DNA of 64,000 nt from Candidatus Latescibacterota bacterium (GTDB lineage Bacteria > Latescibacterota > UBA2968 > UBA8231). Each line of letters begins with the position of its first letter. The first letter of the stretch is position 1. Position numbers and translations under genes: made by a program. This document shows, piece by piece, positions 1-8,073 of the stretch. The stretch covers positions 960,001 through 1,024,000 of the forward strand of contig CBDCSU010000005.1 of NCBI GenBank assembly GCA_965221775.1, read 5' to 3'. The notes under the pieces were generated by a model. The model was not told where the DNA came from. It searched no databases and saw only the letters and a program-made list of their open reading frames with translations.

Positions 1-626
1 GTCGTCAGCGACTCGACGCAGGCCGCCAGGGCCCCGGCCGAGACCCAGCCCTTGAGGTTGCCGTTGAAGAGCACGCCGCTGCCGATCGGCTTGGTCAGCA
101 CGAGGGCGTCTCCGGGGCGCGCGCCGACGTTGCGCCAGTAGCGCTCCGGGTGCACGAGCCCGGTGACGGAGAGGCCGAACTTGGGTTCCTCGTCATCCGT
201 GGTATGCCCCCCGGCGAGCACGGCGCCGGCTTCCAGGACCTTCTCGCGGGCGCCGGCGACGATGCCGGCCAGCACCTCGGGGCCGAGGACATCCCCCGGG
301 AAGCCCAGCAGGTTCAGCGCCGCCAGGGGGCGGCCGCCCATGGCGTAGACGTCGCTCAGGGAGTTGGCCGCGGCGATCCGGCCGAAGAGCACGGGATCGT
401 CGACCGGCGGCGTGATGATGTCCGCCGTGAGCACGAGGGCGCGTTCGTCGTCGAGGCGGTACACGGCCGCGTCGTCACTCGTCTCGAAGCCGACGAGGAG
501 GTCCGGATCGACCTGCTCCGGGAGCCCTTCCAGCAGCCTGGCGAGTCCGACCGGACTCACTTTCGCCGCTCAGCCGCAGGTCCGGGCCAGGCTCGTGAGT
601 GTCTTGTCCTTGTCGGTCAGCGCCAT
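1..626 (-). CDS. selD: Selenide, water dikinase (selenophosphate synthetase), selenocysteine-containing; 3' end runs off the window
   Basis: Manual translation from ATG at 626: [34 protein letters not shown]...[16 protein letters not shown]...[34 protein letters not shown]...GGHT. TGA (572-570) is codon 19, at the catalytic Cys/Sec position of the U/C-x-x-K motif. Absent from the ORF track. Confidence 0.95.
533..569 (-). promoter_or_regulatory. Putative bacterial SECIS element of selD
   Basis: mRNA after UGA: GCGGCG AAA GUGAGUCC GGUC GGACUCGC CAG GCUGC. 8-bp upper stem (one G-U pair), 4-nt loop starting with G 17 nt after UGA, possible lower stem GCGGC/GCUGC. Confidence 0.75.
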
Positions 627-757
627 TGCGTCCTCAGGTCCGTTGGTGAAGCGCCGGAACCTACTGATCCCCCGCGGGGGAGGCAAAGCGGTTCCGCCGC
701 GAGGCCTGTCTTCGCGAGGCCTATCTTATTGAGACAACGCAAGCCGAAAGGGAGACC

Positions 758-2074
758 ATGCCCGAACACCGAATCCTCGACGTCGTCACCCGCCAAGAGC
801 TGGCCCGCTGGGTCCGGGACGCCCGGCAGCGCACCCTGGAGCTGGTCTCGGACCTCACCGACGAGCAGCTCCTCGGCCCGCAGCTGGCCATCGTCAACCC
901 TGGGGTCTGGGAGATCGGCCACCATGCCTGGTTCCAGTCCCGGTGGGTGTTGCGCCACGCCGGCGGCCAGCCCCCCGTGCGCGACGACGAGGACGACCTC
1001 TACGACTCGATCGCCATCGCCCACGACCGGCGCTGGGACCTGCCGCTGCCGTCGCGGGACGGGACCCTGGCCTACGTGCAAGAGGTTCTCGACCGCACCG
1101 AGAGACTGCTGCTGGCCGACCCGCCCGACGACGGCGTGATCTTCCACGCCCTCTACTCCGTGCTGCACGAGGACATGCACACCGAGGCCCTCACGTACAC
1201 CCGGCAGACCCACGGCTGGCCGGCGCCCCCGTTGGGCGTGCCCCGCTCCGACGAGGGCATCGGCGGCGGCGGCCTGGAGGGAGATGTCGAGATCCCGGGC
1301 GGCCCCTGCCGCCTCGGCTCCGAGCGCGGCGAGCCCTTCGTCTTCGACAACGAGAAGTGGGCCCATCCCGTGGAGCTGACGGCCTTCCGCATCGACCGCG
1401 CCGCCGTCTCCCAGGGGCGGTTCGCCGAGTTCGTCGACGACGGCGGCTACGCCGACGAGCGCCTGTGGAGCGAGCAGGGCCGGGCCTGGCTCGCCGAGAC
1501 GGGGGCCGGGCACCCCTGCTACTGGCGCCGGGGGGACGGCGGCTGGGAGCGCCGCCACTTCGACGGCTGGCAACCCCTCGAGCCGCACCGCCCGGTGATC
1601 CACGTCAACTGGTTCGAGGCCGACGCCTGGTGCCGCTGGGCCGGCCGCCGGCTGCCCACCGAGGCGGAGTGGGAGGCCGCCGCCGTGGCCGAGCCCGCTG
1701 CCGGCGGCGGGCTTTCGGGGAGCCGCCGCCCCTATCCCTGGGGCGGCGCGCCGCCCTCCCCGGAGAGGGCCAACCTCGACTGGAGGGCCATGGGCACGGT
1801 CGACGTGGGCGGCCTGCCGGAGGGCGACAGCCCCTGGGGCTGCCGCCAGATGATCGGCAACGTCTGGGAGTGGACGAGCACCGTCTTCGGCCCCTTCCCC
1901 GGCTTCGAGCCGGACCCCTACAAGGAGTACTCCGAGCCCTGCTTCGACACCCGCAGGGTCATGCGCGGCGGCTGCTGGACCACCCGGTCGCGCCTGATCC
2001 GCACGGGGTACCGCAACTTCCAGACCCCCGACCGGCGCGACGTCCTCACCGGCTTTCGCACCTGCGCCGCGTGA
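758..2074 (+). CDS. senA: Selenoneine synthase SenA-like (EgtB family: DinB_2 plus FGE-sulfatase domains)
   Basis: IVNPGVWEIGHHAWFQ signature, metal motif HEDMHTE, FGE motifs RLPTEAEWE, MIGNVWEW, RGG, GFR. RBS GGGAGA. Lies between selD and a senB-like gene. Confidence 0.85.
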   Translation: MPEHRILDVVTRQELARWVRDARQRTLELVSDLTDEQLLGPQLAIVNPGVWEIGHHAWFQSRWVLRHAGGQPPVRDDEDDLYDSIAIAHDRRWDLPLPSRDGTLAYVQEVLDRTERLLLADPPDDGVIFHALYSVLHEDMHTEALTYTRQTHGWPAPPLGVPRSDEGIGGGGLEGDVEIPGGPCRLGSERGEPFVFDNEKWAHPVELTAFRIDRAAVSQGRFAEFVDDGGYADERLWSEQGRAWLAETGAGHPCYWRRGDGGWERRHFDGWQPLEPHRPVIHVNWFEADAWCRWAGRRLPTEAEWEAAAVAEPAAGGGLSGSRRPYPWGGAPPSPERANLDWRAMGTVDVGGLPEGDSPWGCRQMIGNVWEWTSTVFGPFPGFEPDPYKEYSEPCFDTRRVMRGGCWTTRSRLIRTGYRNFQTPDRRDVLTGFRTCAA

Positions 2075-2084
2075 GTCCCGGGCC

Positions 2085-3074
2085 TTGCGAGTCCTGATCG
2101 TCACCCCGGCGCCCCCCGGGTCGCGCTCCGGCAACCGGGTGACGGCCCTGCGTTGGGCCCGCCTCCTGCGCGGCCTCGGGCACGAGACGCTCATCGCCAC
2201 CGCCTTCGCGCGGCAGCGCTGCGACCTGATGGTCGCCCTCCACGCCCGCCGCAGCCGCGACTCCATCCTGCGCTTCCGCCAGCGGCGGCCCGAGGGGCCG
2301 CTGGTCCTGGCCCTGACCGGCACCGATCTCTACGGCGACATCCGCACCGACGCCGGGGCCCGCGACAGCCTCGAGCGCGCCGACCGGCTGATCGTGCTGC
2401 AGGAGGCCGGCGCGGCGGAGCTTCCCGAGCGGCTGCGGGCGCGGGCGCGGGTCATCGTGCAGTCCCTGCCGGTTCCGCGGCGGGCCTCCCGGCCGGTGCA
2501 GGGCGCCTTCCGGGTCTGCGTCCTCGGTCATCTGCGGCCGGTGAAGGACCCGCTGAGGACGGCGGCGGCCTCGCGGCGGCTGCCGCCTGCGTCGAGGATC
2601 CGCGTCGTCCAGGCCGGCGGCGCCCTGGAGGAGGACCTGGCCGTCCGCGCCCGGCGCGAGGAGGACCGCAACGAGCGCTATCGCTGGCTGGGAGAGCTGC
2701 CCCGCTGGCAGGCCCTGCGGCTGCTGGGGCGCAGCCACCTGCTGGCCCTGACCTCGCGCATGGAGGGCGGGGCCAACGTCGTCTGCGAGGCCCTGGCCCT
2801 GGGGGTGCCCGTGGTCTCCTCGGAGATCTCCGGCTCCATCGGCCTGCTGGGCCCCGGCTACCCCGGGTACTTCCCCGTGGGCGACACCGGGGCCCTGGCC
2901 GCCCTGCTGTCCCGCGCCGAGACCGACGCCGCCTTCTACGAGCGGCTGCGGCAGGCCTGCCGCGAGCGCGCCTCCCTCGTCGATCCCGAGCGGGAGAGCG
3001 AGGCCTGGAGCGACCTGCTGGCGGAGCTGAGCGGCGGGAACCGGGCCGCCGGGGGCGAGCCTTGCCGCCCCTGA
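2085..3074 (+). CDS. senB: Selenosugar synthase SenB-like glycosyltransferase (GT-B)
   Basis: N-terminus IVTPAPPGSRSGNRVTALRW; ALHARRS, LTGTDLY, GHLRPVKDP, SRMEGGANV, GLLGPGYPGYFPVGD are typical of the SelD-associated glycosyltransferase family. TTG start, 10 nt after senA. Confidence 0.88.
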   Translation: MRVLIVTPAPPGSRSGNRVTALRWARLLRGLGHETLIATAFARQRCDLMVALHARRSRDSILRFRQRRPEGPLVLALTGTDLYGDIRTDAGARDSLERADRLIVLQEAGAAELPERLRARARVIVQSLPVPRRASRPVQGAFRVCVLGHLRPVKDPLRTAAASRRLPPASRIRVVQAGGALEEDLAVRARREEDRNERYRWLGELPRWQALRLLGRSHLLALTSRMEGGANVVCEALALGVPVVSSEISGSIGLLGPGYPGYFPVGDTGALAALLSRAETDAAFYERLRQACRERASLVDPERESEAWSDLLAELSGGNRAAGGEPCRP

Positions 3075-3121
3075 CAGCCGCCGTTATACTGCCGCGCACA
3101 CCGGAGAGAAGTCCTGACGCC

Positions 3122-4153
3122 ATGGACTCCCATCTCGGCACCGACCCGCAGCTCCCGGTCTCGCCTGCGCCCATCCTGAACGCCTCGGCCCGGCCCGCCT
3201 CCCCGGCGGCCGGCTCGCCTTCCGTCGTCGTCGGCGAGGACGAAGGCCGCCAAGTCCGAATGGCCTATTCGGAGCACGGGGATCCCGGCGCATCCCTGCA
3301 CCTGGTCCTCCTCCACGGCCTCTTCGATCACAAGGGCACCTGGTCCGCTCTGGCACCCCGCCTGGCCGAGGCGGGGTACCATGTCATCGCCCCCGACCTC
3401 GTCGGCTTCGGCCGCAGCAGCAAGCCCGAGTTCCGCTCCTGGCCCGCCTCCCGGCGATACGGCGCCGAGGCCCAGGTCGGATTCGTCCGCGCCTTCGTCG
3501 AGGGCCTCGGCCTCGACGACGTGGTCCTTGCGGGGAACTCCTTCGGCGGCGGGGTCTTCCTGCGCAGCCTGTGCACCCCGTGGCCCGGCGGACCCCGGGT
3601 GCGGGGCCTGGTACTGGAGAGCGCCTCGGGCTACCCCCAGGCCCGGCCCCCCTACATCCGGCTGCTGGGCGACCTGCCCGGACGGCTGCTGCTCAACCGG
3701 CGGGTCCTCGGCATCGGTCTGGGCACCGGCCTGGCGCGGGTCGTAGTGCGATCGACTTTCCGGCGCGTCTTCCACGACCCCGGCAAGATCCCGGAAGAGC
3801 TGGTGGACGAGGCCGTCGACATCCTGCGGGGGCCGAACACGGTGTACGCCTACCAGGCGGCGGCGCGCAACCTGGTTCCCGGCGACATCGCCCGCTTCAC
3901 CGACGCCTACCGGGAGATCGACGTGCCCACCCTCGTCCTGTGGGGTGCCGAGGACCGCATCGTGCCCGCCCGGTTCGCGGCCCTCTTCGAAGCCGAGTTG
4001 CCCGACGCCGAGCTGCACGTCTTCGACGAGTGCGGCCACGCGCCCCATCTCGAGTACCCGGACGAGACGGCCCGGCTCATCGGCGACTGGACCCGGCGCC
4101 GCCTCACGGAAGAACCGAATCGCGCCTTGCCCGCGGGACGGGACCGGCCATGA
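3122..4153 (+). CDS. Alpha/beta fold hydrolase
   Basis: LLHGL, PDLVGFGRS, nucleophile elbow GNSFGG, WGAEDRIVP (Asp), CGHAPHLE (His). Start 3122 or 3260. Confidence 0.85.
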   Translation: MDSHLGTDPQLPVSPAPILNASARPASPAAGSPSVVVGEDEGRQVRMAYSEHGDPGASLHLVLLHGLFDHKGTWSALAPRLAEAGYHVIAPDLVGFGRSSKPEFRSWPASRRYGAEAQVGFVRAFVEGLGLDDVVLAGNSFGGGVFLRSLCTPWPGGPRVRGLVLESASGYPQARPPYIRLLGDLPGRLLLNRRVLGIGLGTGLARVVVRSTFRRVFHDPGKIPEELVDEAVDILRGPNTVYAYQAAARNLVPGDIARFTDAYREIDVPTLVLWGAEDRIVPARFAALFEAELPDAELHVFDECGHAPHLEYPDETARLIGDWTRRRLTEEPNRALPAGRDRP

Positions 4154-4533
4154 CGGACGGGAACATCGGCGCCGACGGCGCCCGCTTCCGCCTCTTCTTC
4201 GGCGTCCTCTTCCTGGTCTTCGCCCTCGGCCTGATGGCCCTGCTCACCGTGACCGGCGTGCCCCTGGCCCTGCGCCTGGTGGTCTTCGTGCCGCTCTGGA
4301 TCGGCACTTTCACCATGGCCGAGTCCCGGTCCCGCGTCTGCGTCCTCAACGCCGCCCGCGGCGTCTGCTCCACCGAGTCCGGCACGCAGCGCATCGAGGA
4401 CGACGAGCGGCGGCTGGCGCTCGTGCGGCGCGCCTGGAGGGTGCCTCTCCACTCGGTGCTCTACGCGGTGGTCCTGACCGTCTTCCTGGTGGCTGTCTCG
4501 GCGTGGCTGCCCTGGAGGACCCCGGCCGGCTGA
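4150..4533 (+). CDS. Small membrane protein of unknown function
   Basis: ATGA overlap with the hydrolase; 127 aa, about three hydrophobic segments and a conserved-looking CV..AARGVC stretch. Confidence 0.6.
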   Translation: MTDGNIGADGARFRLFFGVLFLVFALGLMALLTVTGVPLALRLVVFVPLWIGTFTMAESRSRVCVLNAARGVCSTESGTQRIEDDERRLALVRRAWRVPLHSVLYAVVLTVFLVAVSAWLPWRTPAG

Positions 4534-4537
4534 AGGC

Positions 4538-4987
4538 TCAGCCGCCGGTCCCCAGGCCTTCGGCGAAGACCACGAGGAGCGCCACCAGCAGCACCGCCCG
4601 CAAGGTCCAGCCGGCGGTGCGGACCCAGCTGGTGGCCACCAGCCGGTTCACCTTGCCCTCGTCGTAGCCCCCCGCCAGGGCCCGGTGGAGGGGCCGCTGC
4701 ACCCCGAGCGTGGAGAGCCAGAGCCCGCCGAGGACGACGGCGTTCAACAGCATCGGCGGCTCACCGACCACTTCCGGGGGATCCAGGGCCAGCCACACGC
4801 CGGTGATCAGCTCGAAGAGCATCACCGGCGTCACCACCAGGCTCGAGCGCCGCGCGTGCCCTCTCTCGTACTCCTGGAACCGCGTCATGCCCACCCGGTG
4901 CATGAGCGGGTAGTGGACGATCTGCACGAACCAGGCGATGGCGGTCATGTACACGGTCGCCGCCGCGTGCAGCATGAGCAGGATCAT
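4538..4987 (-). CDS. Membrane protein of unknown function
   Basis: MILLMLHAAATVYMTAIAWFVQIVHYPL...; four hydrophobic helices; 4-nt overlap with the upstream deacetylase. Confidence 0.7.
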   Translation of the reverse strand: MILLMLHAAATVYMTAIAWFVQIVHYPLMHRVGMTRFQEYERGHARRSSLVVTPVMLFELITGVWLALDPPEVVGEPPMLLNAVVLGGLWLSTLGVQRPLHRALAGGYDEGKVNRLVATSWVRTAGWTLRAVLLVALLVVFAEGLGTGG

Positions 4988-5889
4988 GCCGCTCCTCCGT
5001 AGACCCGGCGGGCCTCGCGATGGGCCACGGCGTGGAGGTCGGCCGTCTCCTCGGGGGAGGAGGCATAGCCGCCCGACATCACCAGAAGCAGGGCGGCCCC
5101 CGACGCCCGGGCGGCGCGCAGCACCGCGCGGTCCCTCCGGTGGAGGCCGCCGCGGCTCAGGGACAGGCGGCCGTAGCGGTCGCCGGCCACCGGGTCGACC
5201 CCGGCGAGGTAGACGATCAGGTCCGGCCGGCCGCCGCGGAGCACTTCCGGCAGGGCCGCCGTCAGGCGCTCGAGATAGTCGTCGTCGCCGGTGCCGTCGG
5301 GCAGGCCGACGTCGAGGGAGGAGGCCTCCTTCTGGAAGGGGTAGTTCCGCTGCCCGTGGAAGGAGAGGGTGAAGGTCCGCGGATCGCCGGCGAAGACCGC
5401 CGCCGTGCCGTTCCCCTGGTGCACGTCCAGGTCGATCACCAGGGCCCGGTCGAGCAGGCCCTCGCCGCGCAGCAGCCGGATCGCCACGGCCACGTCGTTG
5501 AGCACGCAGAACCCCTCGCCGTGGTCGGGGTAGGCGTGGTGGGTGCCCCCCGCCAGGTTGGCGGCGATCCCGTCCTCCAGGGCCATGCGCGCGGCCAGGA
5601 CAGTGCCGCCCACGGCCAGCCGCGAGCGCCGCTCCAGGGCCTGGCTCCACGGCAGTCCCAGGCGCCGCTCGGCGCCGCGCTCCAGGCCCGTCTGCAGCTC
5701 GTCCAGGTAGCGGTCGGTGTGCACCAGGCGCAGCACCTCGCGGCCGGCCGGGGAGGGCTCCACGCGGTCGCCGTTGCCGATCAGCCCCTCGCGCAGCAGG
5801 ATGTGGTGGAGGGCCGGGAACTTGGCCATGGGGAAGGGATGCCCCTCGGGCAGGGGCACGAAGTAGCCGTCGCTGTAGCTGACGCGCAT
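4984..5889 (-). CDS. Histone deacetylase family protein
   Basis: HPFPMAKF, GGTHHA, GFCVLND, DLDVHQGNGT, AGVD, GGY motifs. Confidence 0.92.
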   Translation of the reverse strand: MRVSYSDGYFVPLPEGHPFPMAKFPALHHILLREGLIGNGDRVEPSPAGREVLRLVHTDRYLDELQTGLERGAERRLGLPWSQALERRSRLAVGGTVLAARMALEDGIAANLAGGTHHAYPDHGEGFCVLNDVAVAIRLLRGEGLLDRALVIDLDVHQGNGTAAVFAGDPRTFTLSFHGQRNYPFQKEASSLDVGLPDGTGDDDYLERLTAALPEVLRGGRPDLIVYLAGVDPVAGDRYGRLSLSRGGLHRRDRAVLRAARASGAALLLVMSGGYASSPEETADLHAVAHREARRVYGGAA

Positions 5890-5897
5890 CGGTCCGC

Positions 5898-6800
5898 TCA
5901 GGCCTTCCCCAGCAGATCCCGCAGGGCGGTGTCGATGTCGGGATGGCGGAAGGCGTACCCGGCCGCCGTCAGCCTCGCCGGCTCGACGCGGGTGCTGGCC
6001 AGCAGCAGGGTCTCTCCCATCTCCGCCCAGACCAGCTTCACCACCGGCGCCGGCAGGGGCAGCCGCGCCGGGCGCCGCAGCAGGCGTCCCAGGGTCCGGG
6101 TGAACTCCAGATTGGTCACCGGCCCCGGGGCCACGGCATTCACCGGCCCCGCGAGATGCGGGCTCTTCAGGGTCTCCTCGATGACCCCCACCAGATCCTC
6201 CAGCGTGATCCAGCTGAGGTACTGCCGGCCGCTCCCCACCCGGCCTCCCAGGCCCAGCCGGAAGAGGGGCCCCACCCTCGCCAGCATGCCGCCCCGGGGG
6301 CTCAGGACCACGCCGATGCGCAGGTTGACGACGCGGATCCCCGCCGCCGCCGCCGCCGCACTGGCCCGCTCCCAGTCCACCGCGACGCGGGCGAGGAAGT
6401 CGTCGGCGGGGGCGCTGTCCTCCACGCAGATCTCGTCGCCGCGGTTTCCGTAGTAGCCGATGGCCGAGGCGCACACCAGGGTCGCCGGTTTGCGCTCGCA
6501 GGCGGCGAGAGCCTCGCTCAGCAGGCGCGTGCCCTCCACGCGGCTGACCCGGATGCGCTCCTTGCGCGCCGCCGTCCAGCGTCCGTGGCTGACGTTCTCA
6601 CCCGCCAGGTGCACGACTGCGTCGAGGCCCTCCAGCCCGGAGGCGTCGAGCCGGCCGGCGGCGGGGTCCCAGCGCACGGCCGCCGTTCCCGGCTCCGGCG
6701 CCGAGCGGCTCAGCCCGAGGACCTCGTCCCCCGCACCGGTCAGGGACTCGACCAGCGCCGAGCCGACCAGGCCCGTGGGGCCGGAGACCAGGACCCTCAT
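5898..6800 (-). CDS. TIGR01777/YfcH-type NAD-dependent epimerase family protein
   Basis: VSGPTGLVG, VVHLAGE, ASAIGYYG, RIGVVL, GSGRQYLSWI. Confidence 0.9.
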   Translation of the reverse strand: MRVLVSGPTGLVGSALVESLTGAGDEVLGLSRSAPEPGTAAVRWDPAAGRLDASGLEGLDAVVHLAGENVSHGRWTAARKERIRVSRVEGTRLLSEALAACERKPATLVCASAIGYYGNRGDEICVEDSAPADDFLARVAVDWERASAAAAAAGIRVVNLRIGVVLSPRGGMLARVGPLFRLGLGGRVGSGRQYLSWITLEDLVGVIEETLKSPHLAGPVNAVAPGPVTNLEFTRTLGRLLRRPARLPLPAPVVKLVWAEMGETLLLASTRVEPARLTAAGYAFRHPDIDTALRDLLGKA

Positions 6801-7933
6801 CGGCCGTCGACCTCCGACAAGGCCGCCCGGAACTCGTGGGCGAAGGCCGAGCGCTGCTCCGGCGTGCCCACGGTGACGCGCACGCAGCGGTCGCCGGGCG
6901 GCTTGTAGGGCATGCGCACGAAGACTCCGCGCCCGAGGAGCGCCGCCTGAACGGCCCGGGCGCGCTCGCCGCAGCCGAGATCGAGGTTGACGAAGTTCGT
7001 CGCCGATTCCACGTGCCCCAGCCCCAGCTCCCCCGCCAGCGCGGCGAGCTCCCCGCGACCTTGCCGCACCTGACGCACCACGCCCCTCACGTGTTGCGGC
7101 TCGCCGAGAGACGCCAGGGCGCCCGCCTGGGCGACGCGGTTCACTCCGAACTGGTTGCGCACGCGGTCGAGGACGGCCACCACCTCTTCGTGGGCGATGG
7201 CGTAGCCGATGCGGGCGCCCGCCATGCCGTGGGCCTTGGAGAAGGTGCGGGTGCGCACCAGGCGCCGGTCGGAGACGTCCATGGCCGGCACGGCCGCCGG
7301 CGGCGCGAACTCGCTGTACGCCTCGTCGAGGATGAGCATGGCCTCCGCCGGCAGCGACGCCAGCAGCTCCAGGGCCGCCTCCGCCGTCCCCCAGGTGCCC
7401 ATGGGGTTGTCCGGATTGGCGGCGTACACCAGGTGCGCGCCCGACTTCCGGGCGGCGTCGCCGAGGCCCGCGAAGTCGACCCGGTCGTCCACGTACGGCA
7501 CCTCCACGAGGCGGGCGCCGTAGCCGTGGACGTGGTAGTTGAAGGTAGGGTACGAGCCGAGGGAGGTGACCACCGGATCCCCCGCCTCGGCGAAGAGGCG
7601 CACCAGCAGGCCGAGGATCTCGTCGATCCCGGCGCCCACGTGGACCCGCGCCGGCGGCACGCGGTGATGGGCGGCGAGGGCCTCGATGAGGTCGTGGATC
7701 TCCGGGTCGTTGTACATCCAGACCTCGTCGACGGCCTGCCGCATCGCCGCGCGCGCGGCGGGGGATACCCCGAAGGGGCTCTCGTTGGCCCCGACCCGCA
7801 CCCGGAGCGGGCGGCCGTGGCGCCGCTCGAGGGCCTCGGGGCCGACGAAGGGAACCAGCGGCGGCAGGGCGCGGACCACCCGGGTCAGCGGCAGACCGCT
7901 CACCGAGGGCGCCCTCGGAATGGTCCCGGCCAT
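6797..7933 (-). CDS. PLP-dependent aminotransferase class I/II (HisC-like)
   Basis: GANESPFG, ANPDNPMG, LDEAY, RTFSKAHGMAGARIGY. Start uncertain (7933 or 7978). Confidence 0.85.
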   Translation of the reverse strand: MAGTIPRAPSVSGLPLTRVVRALPPLVPFVGPEALERRHGRPLRVRVGANESPFGVSPAARAAMRQAVDEVWMYNDPEIHDLIEALAAHHRVPPARVHVGAGIDEILGLLVRLFAEAGDPVVTSLGSYPTFNYHVHGYGARLVEVPYVDDRVDFAGLGDAARKSGAHLVYAANPDNPMGTWGTAEAALELLASLPAEAMLILDEAYSEFAPPAAVPAMDVSDRRLVRTRTFSKAHGMAGARIGYAIAHEEVVAVLDRVRNQFGVNRVAQAGALASLGEPQHVRGVVRQVRQGRGELAALAGELGLGHVESATNFVNLDLGCGERARAVQAALLGRGVFVRMPYKPPGDRCVRVTVGTPEQRSAFAHEFRAALSEVDGR

Positions 7934-8001
7934 GTGGAGAGCTTGCGCTCCATCCTCTTTCGGGCTTTCTTCAGGCAAGGCGGATCGTATATACTAAGAT
8001 A

Positions 8002-8015
8002 CTGTTTCTCAACAG
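8002..8015. promoter_or_regulatory. Palindrome CTGTT-N4-AACAG in an AT-rich divergent promoter region
   Basis: ctgtt tctc aacag between the aminotransferase and beta-CASP genes; regulator unknown. Confidence 0.3.
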
Positions 8016-8073
8016 GTTACGTCAACCTCTCAGCCCTCCGGCGGCGCCGGGCGCGGGCACCGGCCGAGCTTCG

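Noticed and set aside
150-1139. 329-aa plus-strand ORF and many other long ORFs (e.g. 617-2323, 8017-10917, 21626-23815, 44913-47540, 56712-59210)
   Set aside because: Shadow or antisense ORFs typical of high-GC DNA: low-complexity R/G/P/A translations with no motifs, overlapping well-supported genes.
758-2074. Canonical ergothioneine EgtB or ovothiol OvoA
   Set aside because: No egtD/egtC nearby and no OvoA C-terminal methyltransferase; the NPxxWEIGH and HEDMH motifs plus selD/senB context favour SenA.
2072-3074. Selenocysteine read-through at the TGA stops of senA or senB
   Set aside because: Both stops fall at the natural ends of their domains, and I saw no homology continuing beyond them.
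4984-5889. Histone deacetylase as a eukaryote-derived gene
   Set aside because: This is a widespread bacterial HDAC-family deacylase in an ordinary operon.
8002-8015. Possible LexA box
   Set aside because: Spacing is CTGT-N6-ACAG, not the N8 of the E. coli box; kept only as a generic palindrome.
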